A stretch of 57,750 nt of DNA from an archaeon (GTDB lineage: Archaea > Nanobdellota > Nanobdellia > Woesearchaeales > GW2011-AR4), in the NCBI GenBank assembly GCA_002688925.1, contig NZEC01000002.1:6242-63991 (forward strand). The letters are read 5' to 3'. The notes under the pieces were generated by a model. That model ran no database searches. It saw only the letters and a program-made list of their open reading frames with translations, and was not told where the DNA came from. Below are positions 10,157-18,670 of the stretch, piece by piece. The position numbers and the translations under genes were made by a program. Position 1 is the first letter of the stretch. Each line of letters begins with the position of its first letter.

Positions 10157-10438
10157 ATGGATGACAACAATATCTTTATCGGTGGAAAGCCGTTTATGAA
10201 CTATGTGACTGGAGTAGTGATGCAGTTTACAACCAAAAACGCAGAGAGTGTAGTGATAAAAGCCCGAGGAAAGTTCATAAGCAGGGCAGCGGATGTTGCA
10301 GAGGTTGCAAGCAAAAGATTTCTTGAAGGCAGTGTTGGTATAAAGGACATAAAGATAGACAGCGAAGAGTTCAAGAACACCGAAGGCAAGGACATCAGGG
10401 TTTCCACAATGGAGATAACATTAGGCAAGAACCAGTAA
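10157..10438 (+). CDS. albA: Chromatin protein Alba
   Basis: IGGKPFMNYV, IKARGKFISRAADVAE, VSTMEITL; SD ggaggt. Confidence 0.97.
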   Translation: MDDNNIFIGGKPFMNYVTGVVMQFTTKNAESVVIKARGKFISRAADVAEVASKRFLEGSVGIKDIKIDSEEFKNTEGKDIRVSTMEITLGKNQ

Positions 10439-10514
10439 AAACATCAAATAAGGAAATTAAATTTTATCTATCTTTTATTTCTGTTTTTTAATAAATAATA
10501 TAGTATAAATTAAA

Positions 10515-10892
10515 ATGGCTATAAAAAAAGGAATTTACATTTTGATAATTTACCTTAATAAACCAAAAAAAATTAAGATTGGAACTCTTGGAAATATATT
10601 CTTCAAAAAAGGCTATTATTGCTATATAGGCTCTGCCCTGAATAATTTAGAAAAAAGAGTGCAGAGGCATCTAAGCTCTAAAAAGAAAATAAGATGGCAT
10701 ATTGACTATTTACTCAAGCATGCTAAAATAATTAATGTTAAGGTTAAGATCACAAACAGAAAATTAGAATGTTCTGTCAATAAAAAAGTTGAAAAGAATT
10801 CCAAAGAAGTGATAAAATCATTCGGCTCAAGTGATTGCAGATGCAAGGGGCATTTATGGTATTTTGAGAAGAAACCGAATATTAAAATTTAA
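10515..10892 (+). CDS. GIY-YIG (DUF123/Uri-type) endonuclease
   Basis: GIYIL...YCYIGSA...RVQRH...WHIDYLL...FGSSDCRCKGHL. Confidence 0.9.
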   Translation: MAIKKGIYILIIYLNKPKKIKIGTLGNIFFKKGYYCYIGSALNNLEKRVQRHLSSKKKIRWHIDYLLKHAKIINVKVKITNRKLECSVNKKVEKNSKEVIKSFGSSDCRCKGHLWYFEKKPNIKI

Positions 10893-10927
10893 AAATACAC
10901 AATTGATTAATCTCAAGAATTCAAACA

Positions 10928-12070
10928 TCAACCAACCAAAATCCCGGAATCAATATCTTTCCATGCTTCCATCCCGCCAACAACATAGACTAAATCCTTA
11001 AAGCCATTATTCTTTAAGATATCAATTGCAATGTTGCTTCTTAGGTCAGTCCTGCAGTAAATCACTATCTTTTTATCCTTAAATTTTTCCAGTTCTCCAA
11101 AATCCTTGTTTTTTATCTGGCTTAATGGAACCAATATAGAATCATTAATATTGCTTATACCATGCTCTATCTTCTCCCTTACATCAACCAAAACAAAATC
11201 ATCTTTGTTGTCAATCATCTCTTTTAATTCATCAACTGTAATTTTTTTATTATCATTTTCCTTAACTCCGCAGAACTGCTCATAATCAACAAGTTCCTTA
11301 ATCTTTGGCTCATCACTGCAAATTAGACAGTTCTTATTTTTCCCCAGTTTCAATTCCTTAAAACTCATGCTTAAGGCATTATAGACAAGAAGCCTTCCTG
11401 ATAATATATCTCCTTTCCCTAAAATAATCTTTAGCGCTTCTGTTGCCTGTATAGTTCCAATTACTCCGGGCAAAACTCCCAAAACACCTGCCTCTACACA
11501 GCTCGGAACTAAACCTTGAGGAGGAGGATTCGGAAACAAACACCTGTAACAAGGCCCGTTTTTATAATTAAACACAGAGCTCTGCCCGTCAAACCTGAAA
11601 ATGCTCCCATACACATTAGGCTTATTTAACAATATACAGGCATCATTAACCAAATATCTCGCAGGAAAATTATCAGTTCCATCAATAACAATATCATAAT
11701 TTTTTATTATCTCTAGAGTATTTTTTGAATCAAGCTTTACATTATGCAGATTAACATTAATATTAGGATTAAGCCCAATAATGGATTTTTTTGCGCTTTC
11801 CAATTTAGATTTTCCTATGCCTCTGGTAGAATGAATTATCTGCCTTTGCAGGTTATTTTCCTCAACTTTATCAAAATCAACTAAGCCAATAGTTCCAACA
11901 CCTGCAGCTGCCAGATACAAAGCAGCAGAACTTCCTAAGCCACCGGCACCGATTATAAGCGCCTTAGCTTTCTTTATTTTTTCCTGCCCTTCAATACCTA
12001 CTTCCGGCAGCAATAAATGCCTCGAATACCTGTCCATTTCCTGTTTTGTCAGTCTGTTATTTTCCTCCAT
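10928..12070 (-). CDS. moeB: MoeB/ThiF E1-like adenylyltransferase with C-terminal rhodanese
   Basis: RYSRH, IGAGGLG, NLQRQ, DGTDNF, PCYRC; rhodanese LVDVRE...YCRT. Confidence 0.93.
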   Translation of the reverse strand: MEENNRLTKQEMDRYSRHLLLPEVGIEGQEKIKKAKALIIGAGGLGSSAALYLAAAGVGTIGLVDFDKVEENNLQRQIIHSTRGIGKSKLESAKKSIIGLNPNINVNLHNVKLDSKNTLEIIKNYDIVIDGTDNFPARYLVNDACILLNKPNVYGSIFRFDGQSSVFNYKNGPCYRCLFPNPPPQGLVPSCVEAGVLGVLPGVIGTIQATEALKIILGKGDILSGRLLVYNALSMSFKELKLGKNKNCLICSDEPKIKELVDYEQFCGVKENDNKKITVDELKEMIDNKDDFVLVDVREKIEHGISNINDSILVPLSQIKNKDFGELEKFKDKKIVIYCRTDLRSNIAIDILKNNGFKDLVYVVGGMEAWKDIDSGILVG

Positions 12071-12211
12071 TTTAATTAGGTTACATGCTTCGATATTTAT
12101 TTATTTCTGTTATTTTTATGCTTATTTACACAATCAAATTTTTTTACTACCCGTAAAGTTTAAATACTAGTTGTTATTTTATAATAATTACTAATCAAAG
12201 GAGGGGTTTTA

Positions 12212-13303
12212 ATGATAAAAAAAGAAATTATATTTGCATTAATGATTATTTCTGTATTTTTGATAAGTGCATGTGATGTTTATAATAATACCCTTCACGT
12301 AACTGAAGGAGAAGCAGTGGAGATTCCAGAAGAAGATATAATAGTAGAAATTACAGAAGAAACCGATATGGATGAAGAAGCAGTTTCAGAAGCTCCTGAT
12401 GAGGAGGCAGAAGAAGGAACCGATATGGATGAAGAAGCAGTTTCAGAAGCTCCTGATGAGGAGGCAGAAGAAGGAACAGAAGTAGTAATGGAAGAGGAAA
12501 TTTCTGAAGATGCAACAGTTATAATGGTTGATGAAACACAGATGGTAAGCTTAGTGCCTCAAGCCCAGGATCCTGACCAGGATGCGCTTATCTTTACATT
12601 CACAAGCCCTTTAAATGAGAATGGCGAGTGGCAGACAACTTACGGTGATGCAGGCGAATACACAGTTACAGTAACTGTAAGTGATGGCACATTATCCGCA
12701 AGCCAGCAGGTTTTAGTAATAATTAACAGGAAAGAGGAAGCACCTGTTTTTGACAGCTTTAGTCCTGAAGAGCAAGCCATAGAAATTGATGAAACAGGCA
12801 GTGTTGCATTTGATGTGCAGGCTTCAGATTTAAATGATGATGAATTGGCATACTCCTGGAAGCTTGACGGCATAGAATCAGGAAATGAAAATTCCTACCA
12901 ATTGCAGACAACTTATGAGGATTCAGGATCCCATACTGTCAAAGTTACAGTGTCTGATGATATGTTTGACACAGAAAAGATATGGGCAGTTACAGTCAAT
13001 AATGTGAACAGGAAGCCAGTACTTGAAGGAATAGATGACATAGAAGCAGATGAAACAGACATAATTATTGTCAGATTGGACGCAAATGATGCTGATGGAG
13101 ATGAGTTAAGCTATGCAATGGATGATGAGAGGTTTGTGCAGGATGGAAATCTGTTTACATGGGAAACAACCTATGATGATTCAGGGGAGCATTCAGTCAC
13201 AGCAACAGTTTCAGATGGCCAGGATACAACAAGCCAGGAAATTAGTGTTGCTATAGAAAATGTCAACCGGGCTCCAATTATACTGGACATCGTGCAAAAG
13301 TAA
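12212..13303 (+). CDS. Acidic surface lipoprotein with cadherin/PKD-like Ig repeats
   Basis: Lipobox LISAC; repeated DxDxDxL...W.TTY.D.G.Y.V.VTVSDG...V.NVNR.P modules. Confidence 0.8.
   Translation: MIKKEIIFALMIISVFLISACDVYNNTLHVTEGEAVEIPEEDIIVEITEETDMDEEAVSEAPDEEAEEGTDMDEEAVSEAPDEEAEEGTEVVMEEEISEDATVIMVDETQMVSLVPQAQDPDQDALIFTFTSPLNENGEWQTTYGDAGEYTVTVTVSDGTLSASQQVLVIINRKEEAPVFDSFSPEEQAIEIDETGSVAFDVQASDLNDDELAYSWKLDGIESGNENSYQLQTTYEDSGSHTVKVTVSDDMFDTEKIWAVTVNNVNRKPVLEGIDDIEADETDIIIVRLDANDADGDELSYAMDDERFVQDGNLFTWETTYDDSGEHSVTATVSDGQDTTSQEISVAIENVNRAPIILDIVQK
12361..12477 (+). repeat. Perfect in-frame 57-bp tandem duplication (TDMDEEAVSEAPDEEAEEG x2)
   Basis: aaccgatatg...gaagg unit starts at 12361 and 12418. 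Confidence 0.95.
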
Positions 13304-13323
13304 TGGCTTTTCGCAGATGAAAA

Positions 13324-15213
13324 ATGAAAAAATCAGCAACAATATTTTTAATTTTTTTCTTTATTCTTATATCTTCTGCAAGCTCTTTAAAGACATTTGA
13401 GATAGAAGAGACAGAAAAGATAAGCCTAGTTCCAAAAGTTGAAGATGCAGATCGTGATACACTTATTTACACATTTACAGACCCTTTAGATGGGAATGGC
13501 GAGTGGCAGACAACTTACGGTGATGCAGGCAGCTATAATTCCATTATCACTGTGAGCGATGGAGTTACTGAAGTAAGCGAAGAGATTTTAATAACAGTCA
13601 ATAAGAAGGAAGAAAAGCCTACAATAGATGATTTTAAGCCAAAAGAAGATTCTATAACTATTGATGAAGGCAATAATCTAGAATTTAACATTGTAGCTTC
13701 AGACTTGAATAATGATAAGCTTACTTATGGATGGGAAGTAAATGACAAATTTGTTTCTAATGCCAATGAAATTATATTTGGTACTAATTATGAAGATGCT
13801 GGAGAATATAAGATAAAAGCTGCTGTCAGCGATGGCACATCTAAAGTAACTAAAGAATGGAGTATAAACGTAGCTAATGTTGACCTTACAAATATTTTGG
13901 GGCAGATTAATGATATTACAGTACTGGAAACAGAGACAGCAAGATTAGAGCTGCCTGATTTTAAAAAATACGGCTTAAGCTATAGCATTTCTGAGCCGAT
14001 AGGGGATTTTAATGAATGGAAAACAGACTATGATGATAGTGGAGAATATACTGTAACAGTAGCAGCAGAGGGCAAAGGCTTTAAAGGAGAAAAAGAGGTT
14101 AAGGTTATTGTAAGGAACAAAGACAGGCCCCCGAAATTTGTTGATTTAAAAGATATTTCTATATGGGAAAACCAGGAAGCAAGGATAGAATTAAAAGCCA
14201 GTGATGAAGACAATAATGATGTATTTTTTTCAGCCGAGGACATGCCTGAGAATGCAGCTTTTGAGGGGAATGTTTTTGTTTGGAAGCCTTCCTTTGATTT
14301 TGTGCAGAAAGATAAGGTGTTTGATTATATTTTGGACAAGTTCAGGATTTTCAGAAAAAGCACTATTGTTGTTTTTACAGCCCAAAGCAATGATTTAAGT
14401 GACAGAAAAAGCGTAAAGATAACCGTAAAGGAGGTTAACAGGCCTTTTGTGCTGGAAAATATCGATGATATTGAAGTAGATGAAGGCCAGCAGATTATTA
14501 TCAAGCCTGCTTACAATGACCCTGATAATGACAGAGTTTCTTTTTCATACTCCGGATTTATGGACAGCAACAAGAAAAATGTTGGCTTTGATGATTCTGG
14601 CGAGTATGTTGTTAAAATTACTGCAACTGACGGTGTTTTTACAGAAACAAGGTTCGTTGATGTTAAAGTCAATGATGTGAACAGAAAACCTGTATTTGAT
14701 CAAATAGAAAATGCAGTTGTAACAGAAGATAATGAAATAAGGATTGAATTAAAGGCTAATGATGAAGATAACGATGCTATAGGCTTTTCAACACTAAATT
14801 TGCCTAAAAATGCCAAGCTTAAGGATAATTTATTCATTTGGAAACCTGACTTTGATTTTGTTGAAGGCACTCAAAAAGAATTGACAGTTTTCTTTACCGC
14901 TTCTGATGGAACTGATGAAGTTACACAAAAAGTAAAAATTACAGTTCTAAATAAAAACAGGCCACCAAAATTAGTGAATGCAAGCAACAATCTGATAGCA
15001 AACAAAGACAAGCCAGTGCTATTTGGGATAAATGCAGTTGATGAAGACAGCGATATATTGACTTACGAATGGAAATTCAGCTTTTTTGATGAGTTTACAG
15101 GAGAAAACAACCATCAGAGAATCTTCACAACAACAGGAACAAAAAAAGTAGAAGTAAAGATAAGCGATGGCTTTGAAACTATTTCTAAGGTGTGGAATGT
15201 TGAGGTTGTTTGA
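13324..15213 (+). CDS. Secreted multi-Ig (cadherin/PKD-like) repeat surface protein
   Basis: Signal peptide; ~7 modules with D.D.D, W.P.F, SDG, NR.P motifs; paralog of the upstream gene. Confidence 0.8.
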   Translation: MKKSATIFLIFFFILISSASSLKTFEIEETEKISLVPKVEDADRDTLIYTFTDPLDGNGEWQTTYGDAGSYNSIITVSDGVTEVSEEILITVNKKEEKPTIDDFKPKEDSITIDEGNNLEFNIVASDLNNDKLTYGWEVNDKFVSNANEIIFGTNYEDAGEYKIKAAVSDGTSKVTKEWSINVANVDLTNILGQINDITVLETETARLELPDFKKYGLSYSISEPIGDFNEWKTDYDDSGEYTVTVAAEGKGFKGEKEVKVIVRNKDRPPKFVDLKDISIWENQEARIELKASDEDNNDVFFSAEDMPENAAFEGNVFVWKPSFDFVQKDKVFDYILDKFRIFRKSTIVVFTAQSNDLSDRKSVKITVKEVNRPFVLENIDDIEVDEGQQIIIKPAYNDPDNDRVSFSYSGFMDSNKKNVGFDDSGEYVVKITATDGVFTETRFVDVKVNDVNRKPVFDQIENAVVTEDNEIRIELKANDEDNDAIGFSTLNLPKNAKLKDNLFIWKPDFDFVEGTQKELTVFFTASDGTDEVTQKVKITVLNKNRPPKLVNASNNLIANKDKPVLFGINAVDEDSDILTYEWKFSFFDEFTGENNHQRIFTTTGTKKVEVKISDGFETISKVWNVEVV

Positions 15214-15298
15214 TTGATAGTAATAATATAAATAATAATTTAAGATTCATTATATACCAATCAACAACTTTATAAATTTACAAATAATATTTATTTTA

Positions 15299-16849
15299 AT
15301 GCCAACAAAAAAGATTTCTTCTGAAACAGGAAATGCTGCGCTGGATTTAGCTATTGATACCATAAAGATAGGCAAACAAGCATTAGTATTTGCCAACACA
15401 AAAAGAAGCGCAGAGAAAGTAGCAGAGGACATTGCACATAAGATAAAAACAAATGACAAAAAGCTTGCTGATTTGGGCAATAGTGCGCTTAAAGCTCTAT
15501 CCACGCCCACAAAACAGTGCGAAAGGCTTTCCAGATGCGTAAAAAAAGGCATAGCATTCCATCATGCAGGCTTAGTTGCAAAACAAAGGGAATTGATAGA
15601 GGACAATTTCAGGCTTGGAAATATTAAGATAATATGCGCTACTCCCACTCTTGCAGCCGGAATTGATTTGCCAGCTTTCAGGACAATCCTTAAAGACTTA
15701 AGAAGATACACAAGCAGGGGAATGGCTTTAATTCCCGTTCTTGAATATCTGCAGATGTCAGGAAGGGCAGGAAGGCCAAAATACGACAAGTTCGGGGAAG
15801 CAATTATAGCAGCAGCAACTGAAAACGACAAGAAAAAACTGCATGAAACCTATATTTTAGGAATTCCAGAGGACATTTACTCTAAATTAGCTGTTGAGCC
15901 TGTATTAAGGACATACATCCTTAGCTTAATAGCTGTAAATTTTGTGAATACTAAAAAAAACATCCTGGATTTTTTCGGCAAGACTTTCTGGGCATATCAA
16001 TTTATGGACATGGAAAAACTTTCTTTGATAATAGATAAGATGCTTGATCTGTTGAATGGCTGGGAATTTATCCAATACCAAAAAGATGATTTTATGGATG
16101 CTGATAAAATTGATAATTCAAATGTAAAATCTACATTACTGGGAAAAAGAGTGGCTGAGCTTTACATCGATCCTTTAACTGCTTACTTTTTCACTGCATG
16201 CTTCAGGAATGCTTCAGATAAACAAACAAATGAATTCTCATTCCTGCAGATGATATGCCATACTTTAGAGATAAGGCCTTTATTGAGAACAGGAGTCAAG
16301 GAGCAGGAAAAAGTGCAGGAACACTTGCTTAAATTTTCCAGTTTGCTTTTAGAAAAAGAGCCTTCTATGCACGAGCCCGAATATGAAGATTTCATAAACA
16401 GCATAAAAACCGCAATGATGCTGCAGGAATGGATAAATGAGAAAGACGAGCAGTATTTATTAGATCAATTTAACATAAGGCCGGGGGAATTAAGAAACAA
16501 ACTCAATATAGCAGACTGGCTTTTGTACTGCAGCGAAGAAATAAGCAGAATATTACATTATCAATACTTAAGAAAGGAATTAGTAAAATTAAGATTAAGG
16601 CTAAAGCACGGCATTAAAGAGGAATTACTGCCTTTAGTAAGGATAGAAGGCATTGGAAGAGTAAGAGCCAGAAAATTATTCACAAACAAGATAAAAGACC
16701 TAAAAGCTCTAAAGAACACAAACATAACAACATTGTCTCAAATTCTAGGTGGCAAAGTCGCATTAAGCGTAAAGAAGCAGATTGGCCAGGAAACAAAAGA
16801 AATTCCGAAAGGAAAAAGAAAAGGTCAGTTAAGTCTTGAGAAGTATTAG
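15299..16849 (+). CDS. hel308: Hel308/Ski2-like helicase, C-terminal part (RecA2, winged helix, ratchet, HhH); RecA1 domain absent
   Basis: LVFANTKR, AFHHAGL, ATPTLAAGIDLPA, QMSGRAGRP, GIGRVRARKL; no Walker A or DExH motif. Confidence 0.88.
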   Translation: MPTKKISSETGNAALDLAIDTIKIGKQALVFANTKRSAEKVAEDIAHKIKTNDKKLADLGNSALKALSTPTKQCERLSRCVKKGIAFHHAGLVAKQRELIEDNFRLGNIKIICATPTLAAGIDLPAFRTILKDLRRYTSRGMALIPVLEYLQMSGRAGRPKYDKFGEAIIAAATENDKKKLHETYILGIPEDIYSKLAVEPVLRTYILSLIAVNFVNTKKNILDFFGKTFWAYQFMDMEKLSLIIDKMLDLLNGWEFIQYQKDDFMDADKIDNSNVKSTLLGKRVAELYIDPLTAYFFTACFRNASDKQTNEFSFLQMICHTLEIRPLLRTGVKEQEKVQEHLLKFSSLLLEKEPSMHEPEYEDFINSIKTAMMLQEWINEKDEQYLLDQFNIRPGELRNKLNIADWLLYCSEEISRILHYQYLRKELVKLRLRLKHGIKEELLPLVRIEGIGRVRARKLFTNKIKDLKALKNTNITTLSQILGGKVALSVKKQIGQETKEIPKGKRKGQLSLEKY

Positions 16850-16915
16850 TTACTACTTAAAAATGATTATAAAATAGAAAGCTTTAAATAGAAGTAATTC
16901 ATTCTGAACAGTAAG

Positions 16916-17671
16916 ATGCTTATACATAAAGATTCCTTAAATGAATTAAGGCAAAGATTTAAGCTTAATATCTATGAAGTGAAGATATGGACTTCTTTGT
17001 TAAGCAGGGGAATTGCTGCTGCTTCAGAATTAGCAGATATATCAGGAGTTCCAAGAAGCAGATGCTATGATGTTCTTGAAAGTTTAGAGAAAAAAGGCTT
17101 TATTATAATGAAGATTGGCAAGCCAATCAAGTATATTGCAGTGCAGCCAAATGCTGTTGTTGACAGGGTAAAAAAAGGATTGAGTGAAGAAGCTGAGCAG
17201 CAGATAAAGGTTGTTGAGAAAGTTGCAAATACTGATCTTTTTAAGGAACTGGAATTATTGCATAAGACCGGAATCAAAAAAGTTGATCCTGAAAGCATAA
17301 CAAATTCAGTTGCCGGAAGGACTAATGTCAACAGTTTTTTGAAAGACATGCTTTTGAGGGCAAAGGGCAGTGTAACTATTGCCACAAATGAAGAAGGCAT
17401 AAAGCATAAAGTAAAGGTTTTAAAAAAAGTAAATGAAAATTTAACAAGGAAAAAAATAAAAGTAAGATTATACACAAACGCTCAGCCTAATTATAATGTA
17501 AATAACGTTGAAATAATTCCGACAAAGCACGATGCAAGATTTGTAAACATTGACAATGAAGAGATTTTCTTTATAATGACAGGAAAAGACCCTGAATTTG
17601 ACTCAGGAGTCTGGATAAAAAGCCCTTACTTTGTAAAAGCCCTTAATGATTTGTTTGAAGGGAGTTTGTAA
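16916..17671 (+). CDS. TrmB-family transcriptional regulator/chromatin protein
   Basis: LNIYE...ASELADISGVPRSRCYDVLESLEKKGF. Confidence 0.92.
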   Translation: MLIHKDSLNELRQRFKLNIYEVKIWTSLLSRGIAAASELADISGVPRSRCYDVLESLEKKGFIIMKIGKPIKYIAVQPNAVVDRVKKGLSEEAEQQIKVVEKVANTDLFKELELLHKTGIKKVDPESITNSVAGRTNVNSFLKDMLLRAKGSVTIATNEEGIKHKVKVLKKVNENLTRKKIKVRLYTNAQPNYNVNNVEIIPTKHDARFVNIDNEEIFFIMTGKDPEFDSGVWIKSPYFVKALNDLFEGSL

Positions 17672-17791
17672 GAAGATATTCTTTTATGATTTTTTATATC
17701 CCATAATGAAATTATGTAAATTACAAACCCAAAACCGCAACATTTAAATACAACATATATATAACTGAAATTCAGAGTTCTTAGATTTAAA

Positions 17792-18436
17792 ATGATTGAT
17801 AATAAGGAATTGATGAAAACAGGAACAACAACTTTAGCATTAAATTGCAAAGACGGCATAGTTCTGGCTGCAGATAAAAGAGCAACATCAGGCTATTTGG
17901 TATCATACAAGAAATTTGACAAGATAATCTTTATTGATGATAACCTGGCTGTTACAGTTGCAGGCACAGTTTCTGATGTACAGTTGCTGGCAAAATACAT
18001 AAGGGCAGAATTAAAGCTAAAGTCAATGAGAACAAGCAGGGAAAATACTGTTAAGGAAGCAGCTAACCTGCTTTCAACCTTAGTCTATAACAATATAAGG
18101 AAAATGAGCATGATTCCCGGAATATCGCATTTCATAATCGGAGGAAAAGACTCAACAGGATTTCATATCTATGACTTAAGTCCTGATGGTTCCATTGTAG
18201 AAGTTGAAGATTATATTTCTTCAGGCTCAGGAAGCGTAATGGTATTCGGTGTTTTAGAAACATTGTACAAAAAAGACCTAAGTGTAAGCGAAGGAATAAA
18301 ATTAGCAGGAAAGTCAATAAATGCCGCTGTACAGAGAGATATTGCATCAGGAAACGGAATAGACATCGTTACAATAACAAAAGACGGAATCAAAAAAGTC
18401 TTTACACAGGAACTAAGCGCAAAAGTAGAGGTATAA
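17792..18436 (+). CDS. psmB: Proteasome beta subunit
   Basis: Propeptide then KTG|TTT, AADKRAT, SGSGS, RDIASG. Confidence 0.97.
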   Translation: MIDNKELMKTGTTTLALNCKDGIVLAADKRATSGYLVSYKKFDKIIFIDDNLAVTVAGTVSDVQLLAKYIRAELKLKSMRTSRENTVKEAANLLSTLVYNNIRKMSMIPGISHFIIGGKDSTGFHIYDLSPDGSIVEVEDYISSGSGSVMVFGVLETLYKKDLSVSEGIKLAGKSINAAVQRDIASGNGIDIVTITKDGIKKVFTQELSAKVEV

Positions 18437-18670
18437 TTATTCTTTCAAAAAAAATAGTACAGCAATTTTTTCCAATTAAGCAACAACAGCAGAATAAATA
18501 GCTGTCCAATGCGGGACAGTGTATATTTGTTGCCTGCAATGTAAAACAATAACGGAAAAACAGTTCCACCTAAATTTTTTAAAATTAAATCTTAATATAT
18601 GGTAAAAATTAAAATAAAGCTTAATTAAAAATATTCAAAATAAAAAAATAAATTCTTAATTGTGATATAA

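Noticed and set aside
12619-13530. DGR template/variable repeat pair
   Set aside because: Match is only 37 bp and identical, flanking differences are not adenine-specific, and no reverse transcriptase is present
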